Below, piece after piece: positions 9,608-15,744 of a stretch of 37,180 bases of DNA. The notes below the pieces were generated by a model. The model made no database searches and was not told the origin of the DNA. It saw only the letters and a list, made by a program, of their open reading frames with translations. The DNA comes from a virus: the IMG/VR virus record IMGVR_UViG_3300045988_118775, positions 1 through 37,180 of that record; one strand, written 5' to 3'. The stretch's first letter is position 1. Each line of letters begins with the position of its first letter. A program made the translations under genes and the position numbers.

Positions 9608-9690
9608 TTAACTTCGTCAAAATTGGTGTTTTCACGAAGCTAAAGTATTGAACTTCGTAAAAAGTAGCATTTTCACGAAGTTAGGCTAGG
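9608..9690 (+). repeat. two tandem ~32-bp imperfect palindromes (aacttcgtcaaaattggtgttttcacgaagct / aacttcgtaaaaagtagcattttcacgaagtt)
   Basis: Each unit has arms cttcgtNaaa / tttcacgaag (10/11 complementary). The two units are direct repeats of each other. Located in the leader of the 9761 gene. Confidence 0.6.
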
Positions 9691-9710
9691 TATCTTTTTT
9701 GCTTTTATCT

Positions 9711-9741
9711 ATATATAGTATGTGAATAAATTACACATACT
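9711..9741 (+). promoter_or_regulatory. perfect 11-bp inverted repeat with 9-bp spacer (tatagtatgtg-aataaatta-cacatactata) just upstream of the RBS
   Basis: Seen directly in the sequence. Ends 4 nt before the AAAGGGGTGAG Shine-Dalgarno. Confidence 0.6.
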
Positions 9742-9760
9742 ATAAAAGGGGTGAGAACGA

Positions 9761-10189
9761 TTGCAAAGAAAAAGGTTATTTTTATTCTTATTGCCGCTAT
9801 TATTGGCGGCATTTTTATTTGGTGGCTTTTCAGTGAAAGCGGCTCCGGTGACGTTAACGGAGACGGAATGGCAGACACTAACGTCAGAATTGAACGCGCT
9901 CGAACAGAGAACGAACGAGCGGCAGAAGCTAATAAACGAATTGAAGAAAGCGTCAACCGGCTTGAACACGAGCAACAACGAATTGAAAGCGGAAATAAAT
10001 CAGTTGAAGATGTTGCAGATCGAGCAGCGGCGATCCTTAACGCGGACAGAGCAAGCCTTGAAAGAATCAGAGCAGTCGTTGATGCGGTGGAAAAAAGAAG
10101 AGTTGAAAAAGCGAACGAGCCTTGAACGAAAAAAACGCGCGTGGCAGATTATAGCAGTAGCCGCGGTAATTGCGGCGGCGGTAAAATAG
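9761..10189 (+). CDS. moron: secreted coiled-coil protein with Sec signal peptide and C-terminal transmembrane anchor
   Basis: TTG start 6 nt after a strong SD (AAAGGGGTGA). N-terminus MQRKRLFLFLLPLLLAAFLFGGFSVKA|AP is a signal peptide. Heptad-rich middle (LTSELNALEQRTNERQKLINELKK...). C-terminus AWQIIAVAAVIAAAVK is hydrophobic. An alternative frame (9751..10125, GTG start) is also open. Confidence 0.5.
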   Translation: MQRKRLFLFLLPLLLAAFLFGGFSVKAAPVTLTETEWQTLTSELNALEQRTNERQKLINELKKASTGLNTSNNELKAEINQLKMLQIEQRRSLTRTEQALKESEQSLMRWKKEELKKRTSLERKKRAWQIIAVAAVIAAAVK

Positions 10190-10245
10190 CTTTCGAGTAG
10201 CTTTCGAGTAGCTTTCGAGTAGCTTTCGAGTAGCTTTCAAGTAGC
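10190..10245 (+). repeat. 11-bp tandem repeat (gctttcgagta) x5 immediately after the stop codon
   Basis: agctttcgagt agctttcgagt agctttcgagt agctttcgagt agctttcaagt; the last copy is degenerate. Confidence 0.85.
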
Positions 10246-10270
10246 GTTTGATTTAGAGATGTGTTAAATG

Positions 10271-10310
10271 AAAAAGGAGCAGGCATTTTGCCCGCTCCGC
10301 TTTTTTTTTA
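10271..10310. terminator. bidirectional intrinsic terminator (A5-ggagcaggc...gcccgctcc-T10)
   Basis: GC stem flanked by an A-run upstream and a T-run downstream. Sits between convergent genes 9761..10189 (+) and 10308..10508 (-). Confidence 0.7.
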
Positions 10311-10508
10311 TTGTTCCGGTTCTTTGCCGAAATGCCTCACCATGGCGTCTCTTGTAATTAGCCAGATACGGCTTGATTTTCTGATTTCACCTTTCATAAA
10401 TCTGTCCGGCGTTTGAAAGATCAGTTGCCGGATTTGCCCCGGCGCTAATTTCCAGCGATCCTCCGCTTCTTTAGCGGTCAATACCTCATCAATCAACATG
10501 GCGATCAA
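10308..10508 (-). CDS. small HTH DNA-binding protein (excisionase/MerR-type HTH_17-like); candidate Xis
   Basis: 66 aa. LTAKEAEDRWKLAPGQIRQL...GEIRKSSRIWLITRDAMVRHFG resembles excisionase-type HTH proteins (LTxxEAA...G.WR.....L). Start ATGG overlaps the stop of the upstream gene. About 0.9 kb from int on the same strand. Confidence 0.4.
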   Translation of the reverse strand: MIAMLIDEVLTAKEAEDRWKLAPGQIRQLIFQTPDRFMKGEIRKSSRIWLITRDAMVRHFGKEPEQ

Positions 10509-10972
10509 CGATTCAAGAATAACGCGCCGAGCGGACTATAAATATACTGATCGCCGAACTCTTTCAAGTGTTCATCAACATCTCCGGTGACGAATTCATC
10601 TTCTAAATATCTGCGCAATTCTTTTTCGTTCGTTGCGAACGGGTAAAAGGTCATCGGCTCTCCGCTTTTCAGCGAACGGTTATATTCGTCGATATATTTC
10701 GGCAGCTTATCGAGGTCATCTACCTTTTTATAATCCATGAGTGCTAACGCTTGCATAATTTGAATGTTCGTGTGGCGTTCGCAAATATCGGCAGCGATTT
10801 CTTGCTCCGTCTTAACTTGGTCGGTATCTTCAACGTCATAATCAAATTTGATGGTTGCAAAGCCGCTAACCGTGGCGGTCGTTTCATCAATCATTTTGAA
10901 CTCCGCGTGCATTTGATTAAAAAATGGTTTTTTCTGTTCGTTTGCTTGTTCGTTAATTTTAATGGTCGTCAT
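10505..10972 (-). CDS. hypothetical acidic protein (about 20% Asp/Glu), first gene of a 2-gene minus-strand operon
   Basis: 155 aa. Strong RBS (AGGAGG, 8-nt spacing). Sigma-A promoter upstream. No recognisable catalytic motif. Confidence 0.55.
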   Translation of the reverse strand: MTTIKINEQANEQKKPFFNQMHAEFKMIDETTATVSGFATIKFDYDVEDTDQVKTEQEIAADICERHTNIQIMQALALMDYKKVDDLDKLPKYIDEYNRSLKSGEPMTFYPFATNEKELRRYLEDEFVTGDVDEHLKEFGDQYIYSPLGALFLNR

Positions 10973-11030
10973 TTTCTGTTCCTCCTAAATTTTTTACTCT
11001 AGCGTGTCTCTCTCCCCGCTTTCTGATTAA

Positions 11031-11059
11031 AGTATAACGCAGTCGTTATGACTTGTCAA
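11031..11059 (-). promoter_or_regulatory. sigma-A promoter for the 10972..10308 operon (TTGACA-17-TATACT on minus strand)
   Basis: Minus-strand -35 TTGACA (complement of 11054..11059) and -10 TATACT (complement of 11031..11036) with a 17-nt spacer. cgttatgac direct repeats at 11044 and 11113 flank it. Confidence 0.55.
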
Positions 11060-11155
11060 GCGAAAAGTCAAAGAAAATGAAAGATTTTTCAAAAAACTTT
11101 TTAACGTGTTCGTTATGACGCATAAAGCCTATTGTTGTCGGCTTGAATTGAAATG

Positions 11156-11181
11156 ATTTTCCCCCATTGTTCCCCCACGGC
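11156..11181. repeat. 26-bp direct repeat copy A (attttcccccattgttcccccacggc); candidate integrase arm-type site / attP region
   Basis: Identical 26-mer at 11363..11388. The intervening ~180 bp is AT-rich with ttcatcgtt repeats. Confidence 0.6.
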
Positions 11182-11362
11182 GGCATGATAACTGCAACAA
11201 ACGCCTATTTACGGGCGTTCTTTTGTCTGTGTTTTATATATTTAATATATAAACACTGCCGTTTTTGTTCTCATCGTACAAGATCTATAATCGTCGCAAT
11301 GCCCGCCGTTATAGGCTTTTGTGTTTTCGCTTTCATCGTTGCAGTTTCGTTTTCATCGTTAA

Positions 11363-11388
11363 ATTTTCCCCCATTGTTCCCCCACGGC
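11363..11388. repeat. 26-bp direct repeat copy B, abutting the integrase stop codon
   Basis: Ends 1 nt into the int stop codon (11388..11390). Confidence 0.6.
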
Positions 11389-12533
11389 TACATTGATATC
11401 TCGTCGAGCTTGTCGGCAGCGTCGCGGTGCATTTTTTCGCTGGCGTGCGAATAAACGGCTAGCGTCGTTTTCGGATTGATATGCCCGACGCGTTCCATGA
11501 TCGTTTTTAGTGGAACGCCTAACTCCGCCAATAAAAATATATGCGTATGCCGAAATACGTGCGTCGTGACATGGCGCGGCAATTTAAGCGAGCGAAGCGT
11601 GTGGTTTATGTCGGAAAAGCGGATAGGGTTGCCCGTCGACGATGTAAAGAAGTAGCCTTTTTCCGTATATTTTCGTCTCCCCCATGCGGCCGCCGATTTC
11701 ATGTTTTCAATCCGGACTTGCTTTAGAATTTCAATGGCTCGATTATTGAGGGCGACAGTCCGGAACGACGACAGCGTTTTGGGTGGCGTTTTTATTTCTT
11801 TGTCAGAAAACGGGATGGAGTGGGTGATCGTGCCGTTAATATCAATATTTCGCCCGTCAAAATCTTGATAACGCAAACCGGAGCATTCGCCGGCGCGTAA
11901 GCCGGTAAGCGCTATAAATTCAAGCATGAGGGCGTATCTCGGCTTTACTTCGTTCACCTTTTGAAGTACTTCCGCCAATTCTTCCCGCGTCAAAAACTTT
12001 TCCCGCGCGCGTTTCACATCGTCAACGGTTTTAGCGCGTCCGGAAACCGTCATTTCATGAATAAAACTTATATCTTCAATATACTTCATGCGTTTAGCGT
12101 ACTTCATGGACTGCTTAAAAAATGAGGCGGTCATGCTGACAGTGACGCCGGACAGGTCGCGCATTTTAAGAAAAGACCTTTGCACAACGGACAGGGTAAT
12201 GGCGGATATTAAAAGCCCGTCGGGAAATATCTTAACAAGCCGCTTAATCGAATCCGCATGCGCGCGCTGTGTTGACGGTCTAACATCGGGGCGGCGGTAC
12301 TCCGCATGCTCTTTTAATAACTCCGCAAGCGTGATATTTTTCACCGTTTTCGTTTCTTGCGCCTCATCAATCTTCTTTTGTAATTCGGCGGTTGCCCATT
12401 TCATGGTCGCATTCGTCTTTTTATCCATGGTGACCGACACGCGCCGACGCGTTCCGGTTAGTCGGTCAATGTACGTTTCGACGGCACGATACGACGTGCG
12501 GCCGCTTTTCGTTTTCCGTTCCTCGATATACAT
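11388..12533 (-). CDS. int: tyrosine site-specific integrase
   Basis: 381 aa. C-terminal catalytic region ...HVFRHTHIFLLAELGVPLKTIMERVGHINPKTTLAVYSH (R..H..R..Y signature) and SAM-like N-domain. RBS AGGAGG. Confidence 0.9.
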   Translation of the reverse strand: MYIEERKTKSGRTSYRAVETYIDRLTGTRRRVSVTMDKKTNATMKWATAELQKKIDEAQETKTVKNITLAELLKEHAEYRRPDVRPSTQRAHADSIKRLVKIFPDGLLISAITLSVVQRSFLKMRDLSGVTVSMTASFFKQSMKYAKRMKYIEDISFIHEMTVSGRAKTVDDVKRAREKFLTREELAEVLQKVNEVKPRYALMLEFIALTGLRAGECSGLRYQDFDGRNIDINGTITHSIPFSDKEIKTPPKTLSSFRTVALNNRAIEILKQVRIENMKSAAAWGRRKYTEKGYFFTSSTGNPIRFSDINHTLRSLKLPRHVTTHVFRHTHIFLLAELGVPLKTIMERVGHINPKTTLAVYSHASEKMHRDAADKLDEISM

Positions 12534-12692
12534 GGCTTTTCCTCCTTATTATGATATAATTAAACATACAGAAAACAGCCCTTTTCGGGCGTGTTTTACT
12601 GTCCGCGTCGCCGTTATGGTCATCTCCTAATGCCACGGTGGGCGCGTCTCTCTGCGGGGCGTTACCAGCGCTCCGCTTTTAATTTATGTAAT

Positions 12693-13376
12693 TTATTGAA
12701 TAATACTCTGCTTGATGACGGCAATACCTAATATACGGAAATCATCACAGTTGTTAGCGTTGAAAATCATAGGCGGATAAGCGGGATTTTCTGACTGTAA
12801 AATAACGCTTCCGGCGTGGCGATAGAAACGTTTAAGAGTAACGGCGTCGCCGTCGATGCGCACGACTACCACTTGGCCGGATTCCGCCTCATTTTGCGAC
12901 TTAACAAAAACTATATCGCCGTCGTAAATGCCTATGCCGGTCATGCTGTCGCCGTGAACGCGCAAGCAAAAATCGGCGTTTGCCGTTGTTCCGACATAGC
13001 CTTCAAAATATTCATCCGACAATATCGGTTCGCCGGCAGCAGTTGTCCCCAATAAGGGGACTTTTTTTAATTTAGGAACGAAAACATTAGGGTCGTCTGG
13101 AATTGATGACGCTTTGTGGCTACCGGTATTTTCTTTGAATGTGATTGTTTGATCGTCATCAAGCATATCAAACAGATCGCTAGTACTTATTTCCATTGCC
13201 TGCGCAAGCGCCTGCAGCGTATCAGCTGTAGGACTGATCGGTTGACCGGAGCGGGGGTTAATGCCACGCTCGATATATGAAATATATCCTTTGGAGCGCC
13301 CTGATAATTTCGCGAAGTCGTCCAGAGAAAGGCCGCGCGCTTCCCGAAATATTTTAATAATCTCTCCTAGTTTCAT
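12693..13376 (-). CDS. cI: CI-like prophage repressor (XRE HTH + LexA/S24 peptidase domain)
   Basis: N-terminal HTH LSLDDFAKLSGRSKGYISYIERG. C-terminal GDSMTGIGIYDGDIVFV...LKRF (Ser/Lys dyad). Divergent from the cro-like gene. Confidence 0.9.
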   Translation of the reverse strand: MKLGEIIKIFREARGLSLDDFAKLSGRSKGYISYIERGINPRSGQPISPTADTLQALAQAMEISTSDLFDMLDDDQTITFKENTGSHKASSIPDDPNVFVPKLKKVPLLGTTAAGEPILSDEYFEGYVGTTANADFCLRVHGDSMTGIGIYDGDIVFVKSQNEAESGQVVVVRIDGDAVTLKRFYRHAGSVILQSENPAYPPMIFNANNCDDFRILGIAVIKQSIIQ

Positions 13377-13404
13377 GCCGTTTTCCTTTCTTGCTATTTA
13401 TGTA

Positions 13405-13510
13405 TATTCCTTTGACATGTACATTGTACAACATAACGAACAAAAAAATCAACTTTTTGTTCAACATGCTTGACACGATAAAAAATGCATTGTATAATTC
13501 AACATGTAAG
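13405..13510. promoter_or_regulatory. immunity-region divergent promoters and operators: consensus sigma-A promoter TTGACA-17-TATAAT (13470..13498) and repeated TTCAACATG(T) operator motifs
   Basis: TTGACAcgataaaaaatgcattgTATAAT reads rightward. Operator copies at 13459..13468 and 13497..13507, and a variant ttgacatgtacattgtacaacat at 13413..13434, all with an ACATGT palindromic core. Confidence 0.7.
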
Positions 13511-13535
13511 ACAAAACAGGAGAGGGGGTGAGAAC

Positions 13536-13724
13536 ATGTTTTCGATTAAAGAATTACGAGAGCAGTTTAACTTGACACAAGAAGAATTAGCGCGCCGCTC
13601 GCAAGTGTCGCGCACAACAATCGCAAAGCTTGAGAGCGGCGAAGAGGTAGTTACAACAACAAAGACGCTGAACAAAATTGCGCAAGCCTTGCATCCGCAT
13701 TCGAGGGATATTTTTTTACCCTGA
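13536..13724 (+). CDS. cro: Cro-like XRE-family HTH regulator
   Basis: Track ORF 13485..13724. The real start is ATG 13536 after RBS AGGAGAGGGGGTGAG. 63 aa with LTQEELARRSQVSRTTIAKLESG HTH. Confidence 0.85.
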   Translation: MFSIKELREQFNLTQEELARRSQVSRTTIAKLESGEEVVTTTKTLNKIAQALHPHSRDIFLP

Positions 13725-13726
13725 AC

Positions 13727-13744
13727 GTTCAACATGTAGAACAA
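13727..13744. promoter_or_regulatory. third operator copy (gttcaacatgtagaacaa), 16/18 identical to the copy at 13497..13514, upstream of the second early gene
   Basis: Near-palindrome GTTCAACATGTAGAAC. Confidence 0.55.
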
Positions 13745-13760
13745 ATAAAGGAGACGAGAC

Positions 13761-13943
13761 ATGAACGAGAAAGTAATTGCGCTGGAACGTATACGCAAAC
13801 TGCTTACGTTTTGGCATGAAGCGGGGGCGGGACTTAAGCCCTTGTGCAAGTCGGAGGAGATACGCAAGATGTACGCCGAGCTGGATGAAACAATTGCTCG
13901 GGTTGTGGCAAAAGAACTTAAATTCCTAAAACAGCACGAGTAA
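13761..13943 (+). CDS. hypothetical early protein (60 aa)
   Basis: RBS AAAGGAGA at 6-nt spacing. Overlaps the 3' end of the convergent DUF2513 gene by 26 nt. Confidence 0.5.
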   Translation: MNEKVIALERIRKLLTFWHEAGAGLKPLCKSEEIRKMYAELDETIARVVAKELKFLKQHE

Positions 13944-14292
13944 GGTTATTTGCAAGGCTTTTTACAACTTCGAGACCTGCAGAAGAACCGACGGTTTTCA
14001 GGCGTTCTGTGGTGGCGTGCCAAATATTGTCATCGCGGACGGCATCGAGGTAGTCACAACCTGTAAAGGTAAGGCGTTCAACACGGTAGTCGTGAATACC
14101 GAGCGCCGATATAGGGATAGCTTCTATCATGCCTGATTCATATAGCAGTTCCAAATGGAAACAGATGGCCGCGGTGTCATCATTCAGGCTTGCAAAATCA
14201 GCAACGCACATACCGCTGCCGTTGGGGAGCTGTTCCTCTATAAGTAGTAGCATTTGACGAATTAAATCTAAATCACGCCTCATAGTTTGCAC
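13918..14292 (-). CDS. DUF2513-family phage protein, antisense to the early operon
   Basis: 124 aa. DLDLIRQMLLLIEE...FHLELLYESGMIEA...LTFTGCDYLDAVRDDNIW matches the DUF2513 pattern as recalled. Confidence 0.6.
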   Translation of the reverse strand: MQTMRRDLDLIRQMLLLIEEQLPNGSGMCVADFASLNDDTAAICFHLELLYESGMIEAIPISALGIHDYRVERLTFTGCDYLDAVRDDNIWHATTERLKTVGSSAGLEVVKSLANNLTRAVLGI

Positions 14293-14397
14293 ACCCTTTC
14301 TGAAAAAAATGATTTGTAAACCTATCCAAGGCGATTATAACTCAAAATAGTTTAATAGTCAAACAAATTACACAAGATATGGGGGCGATAGTGTTAT

Positions 14398-14598
14398 ATG
14401 GCACAACATTTTGTAGACGTGATGAAAAAGGCGCGAAATGAAAAAGGGTGGACACAGTACAGGCTGGCGAAAGAATGCGGCCTATCAAGGGAGATGATTT
14501 CAAAGTTGGAGCTGGAAATGCACTCTCCTATGATCAGCACGGTAGAGCGGATATGTTCAGCACTGGGGATTGAGGTTGTGTTTAAGAAAAAGAGTTGA
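14398..14598 (+). CDS. XRE-family HTH protein (second small regulator)
   Basis: 66 aa. GWTQYRLAKECGLSREMISKLE HTH. Divergent from the DUF2513 gene. Putative -35 TTGTAA / -10 TATAAC upstream. Confidence 0.65.
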   Translation: MAQHFVDVMKKARNEKGWTQYRLAKECGLSREMISKLELEMHSPMISTVERICSALGIEVVFKKKS

Positions 14599-14613
14599 GG
14601 GGGCGAAAAACAA

Positions 14614-14988
14614 ATGACGGCAGCAGCCGAACAATGGAAGATGTATCAAGCTGTGAAAGCGTCGCTCCGGGAAGATCAGCAGAACGTGTTGTCGGAGATT
14701 GAACGGCGTATAGCGCAAGCGGGACCAGGGACGCTCGTAGGAATTGATGTTTTTAACGAGGAAGTGAACGCTTGGCGCGGGGGAGAATATACTCGGGCTG
14801 AAAACAGGCGTTTTTTGAAGGAACTGGCGGAAGTTAATATCTGCGCTAAAGATAAACTTACCATTCGAAAGCCATTCAACAGCGTGAAATCACATCATAG
14901 GCGCGGCGATAATACATTTTCGATTTGGTTTTCTAATTACTTCTCAAAGGTAATCGGCGCGTACATTCGCGATAGAAAGGAGGCGTAA
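14614..14988 (+). CDS. hypothetical early protein
   Basis: 124-aa ORF. GGGGG-containing RBS (TGAGGGGGCGAAAAACAAATG). Confidence 0.5.
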   Translation: MTAAAEQWKMYQAVKASLREDQQNVLSEIERRIAQAGPGTLVGIDVFNEEVNAWRGGEYTRAENRRFLKELAEVNICAKDKLTIRKPFNSVKSHHRRGDNTFSIWFSNYFSKVIGAYIRDRKEA

Positions 14989-14992
14989 AAAA

Positions 14993-15250
14993 ATGGCAGA
15001 TGTTCAACTGATAGATGGTCCGGTGCTTATTTCCGCAAGCGATACATGGTGCAAGACTAGCGGGCTAAAAAAATTCGTAGGCCTCGGCGATACAAAGATC
15101 CGAGAACATGCGGCAATGATGGAAGCGAGCGGGAAATATGACGATATGATCATCAGCTATCCGGGCATGCGGCTTATCAACGCGGGCGCGTTCATCGAAT
15201 ACCTGCAAGCGACGCAAAGTCTAAAGGCTAAAAAGAGGCTGGAAAAATGA
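14993..15250 (+). CDS. hypothetical early protein
   Basis: 85-aa ORF. RBS AAGGAGG (GAAAGGAGGCGTAAAAAAATG). Confidence 0.5.
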   Translation: MADVQLIDGPVLISASDTWCKTSGLKKFVGLGDTKIREHAAMMEASGKYDDMIISYPGMRLINAGAFIEYLQATQSLKAKKRLEK

Positions 15251-15399
15251 CGCTGTCGCTACTGGATCTGATTTTTATTCTGCTTGTCTTTGGCGCGTTT
15301 TTCATCGGCGCGGTGACTTCCGTAATGCTGGTGATAAAAAGCGAATGCGAACGCCGTGGGATCTCGTATAAAGGCGATGAAAGAGGTGAAAAGAAATGA
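15247..15399 (+). CDS. small hydrophobic membrane protein (50 aa; not in ORF track)
   Basis: ATGA overlap with the upstream gene. MTLSLLDLIFILLVFGAFFIGAVTSVMLVI is a single TM segment followed by a charged tail. Translationally coupled to the next gene. Confidence 0.4.
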   Translation: MTLSLLDLIFILLVFGAFFIGAVTSVMLVIKSECERRGISYKGDERGEKK

Positions 15400-15656
15400 A
15401 AAGGCGTAGAAAATTGACCGCCGTTCAAAAGCTAATATGCGTGCTGCTTTTCCTTCATGAAAACTGGCGGGCTATCGGGGCAACTATCGGCGGGGCGCTT
15501 ATGCTGATAGGCGCGGTGAATTTAATCACGGCTGACGTAGCGTTATACGTCGATTATTCGGTGGCGTTGAAGTATCTAGCTAAAAGCTGGGGCGCGATTA
15601 TCGGTGGGGGCGTGCTGATGAGCCTGTGTGTTGACCTTGAGGAGGTGACGAGATGA
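15396..15656 (+). CDS. small two-TM membrane protein
   Basis: 86 aa. ATGA overlap. Two hydrophobic segments. Confidence 0.5.
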   Translation: MKRRRKLTAVQKLICVLLFLHENWRAIGATIGGALMLIGAVNLITADVALYVDYSVALKYLAKSWGAIIGGGVLMSLCVDLEEVTR

Positions 15657-15744
15657 ATTGCGAGCATAAAAAAGGCGCCCGCGGCAACGGGCGCTAAGAA
15701 AAACACTTCATAGTTAGTTTACCACTTTTAGGAGGAAATGACCA

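Noticed and set aside
9751-10125. Alternative-frame ORF (GTG start) overlapping the moron gene
   Set aside because: The GTG sits inside the Shine-Dalgarno (zero spacing) and the ORF lacks a clear signal-peptide cleavage site. I kept frame 9761..10189 as the primary call and flagged the dual-frame openness as a finding instead.
10190-10245. Possible CRISPR or minisatellite-coding repeat
   Set aside because: It is an 11-bp unit with no spacers and is head-to-tail only, so it is not CRISPR. It lies outside any ORF in the chosen frame, each unit contains TAG, and it was kept as a tandem-repeat feature only.
11167-11454. 95-aa plus-strand ORF in the int-proximal repeat region
   Set aside because: It spans the AT-rich att-like region and the 3' end of int on the opposite strand. 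It has no RBS and a hydrophobic low-complexity translation, so it is likely spurious.
12088-12630. 180-aa plus-strand ORF
   Set aside because: It is antisense to the integrase gene, with no RBS and no recognisable domain.
12642-12672. GC hairpin + T-run between cI and int on the plus strand
   Set aside because: It could be a plus-strand terminator, but no plus-strand gene precedes it. On the minus strand it is not followed by a U-tract. Evidence is insufficient for a call.
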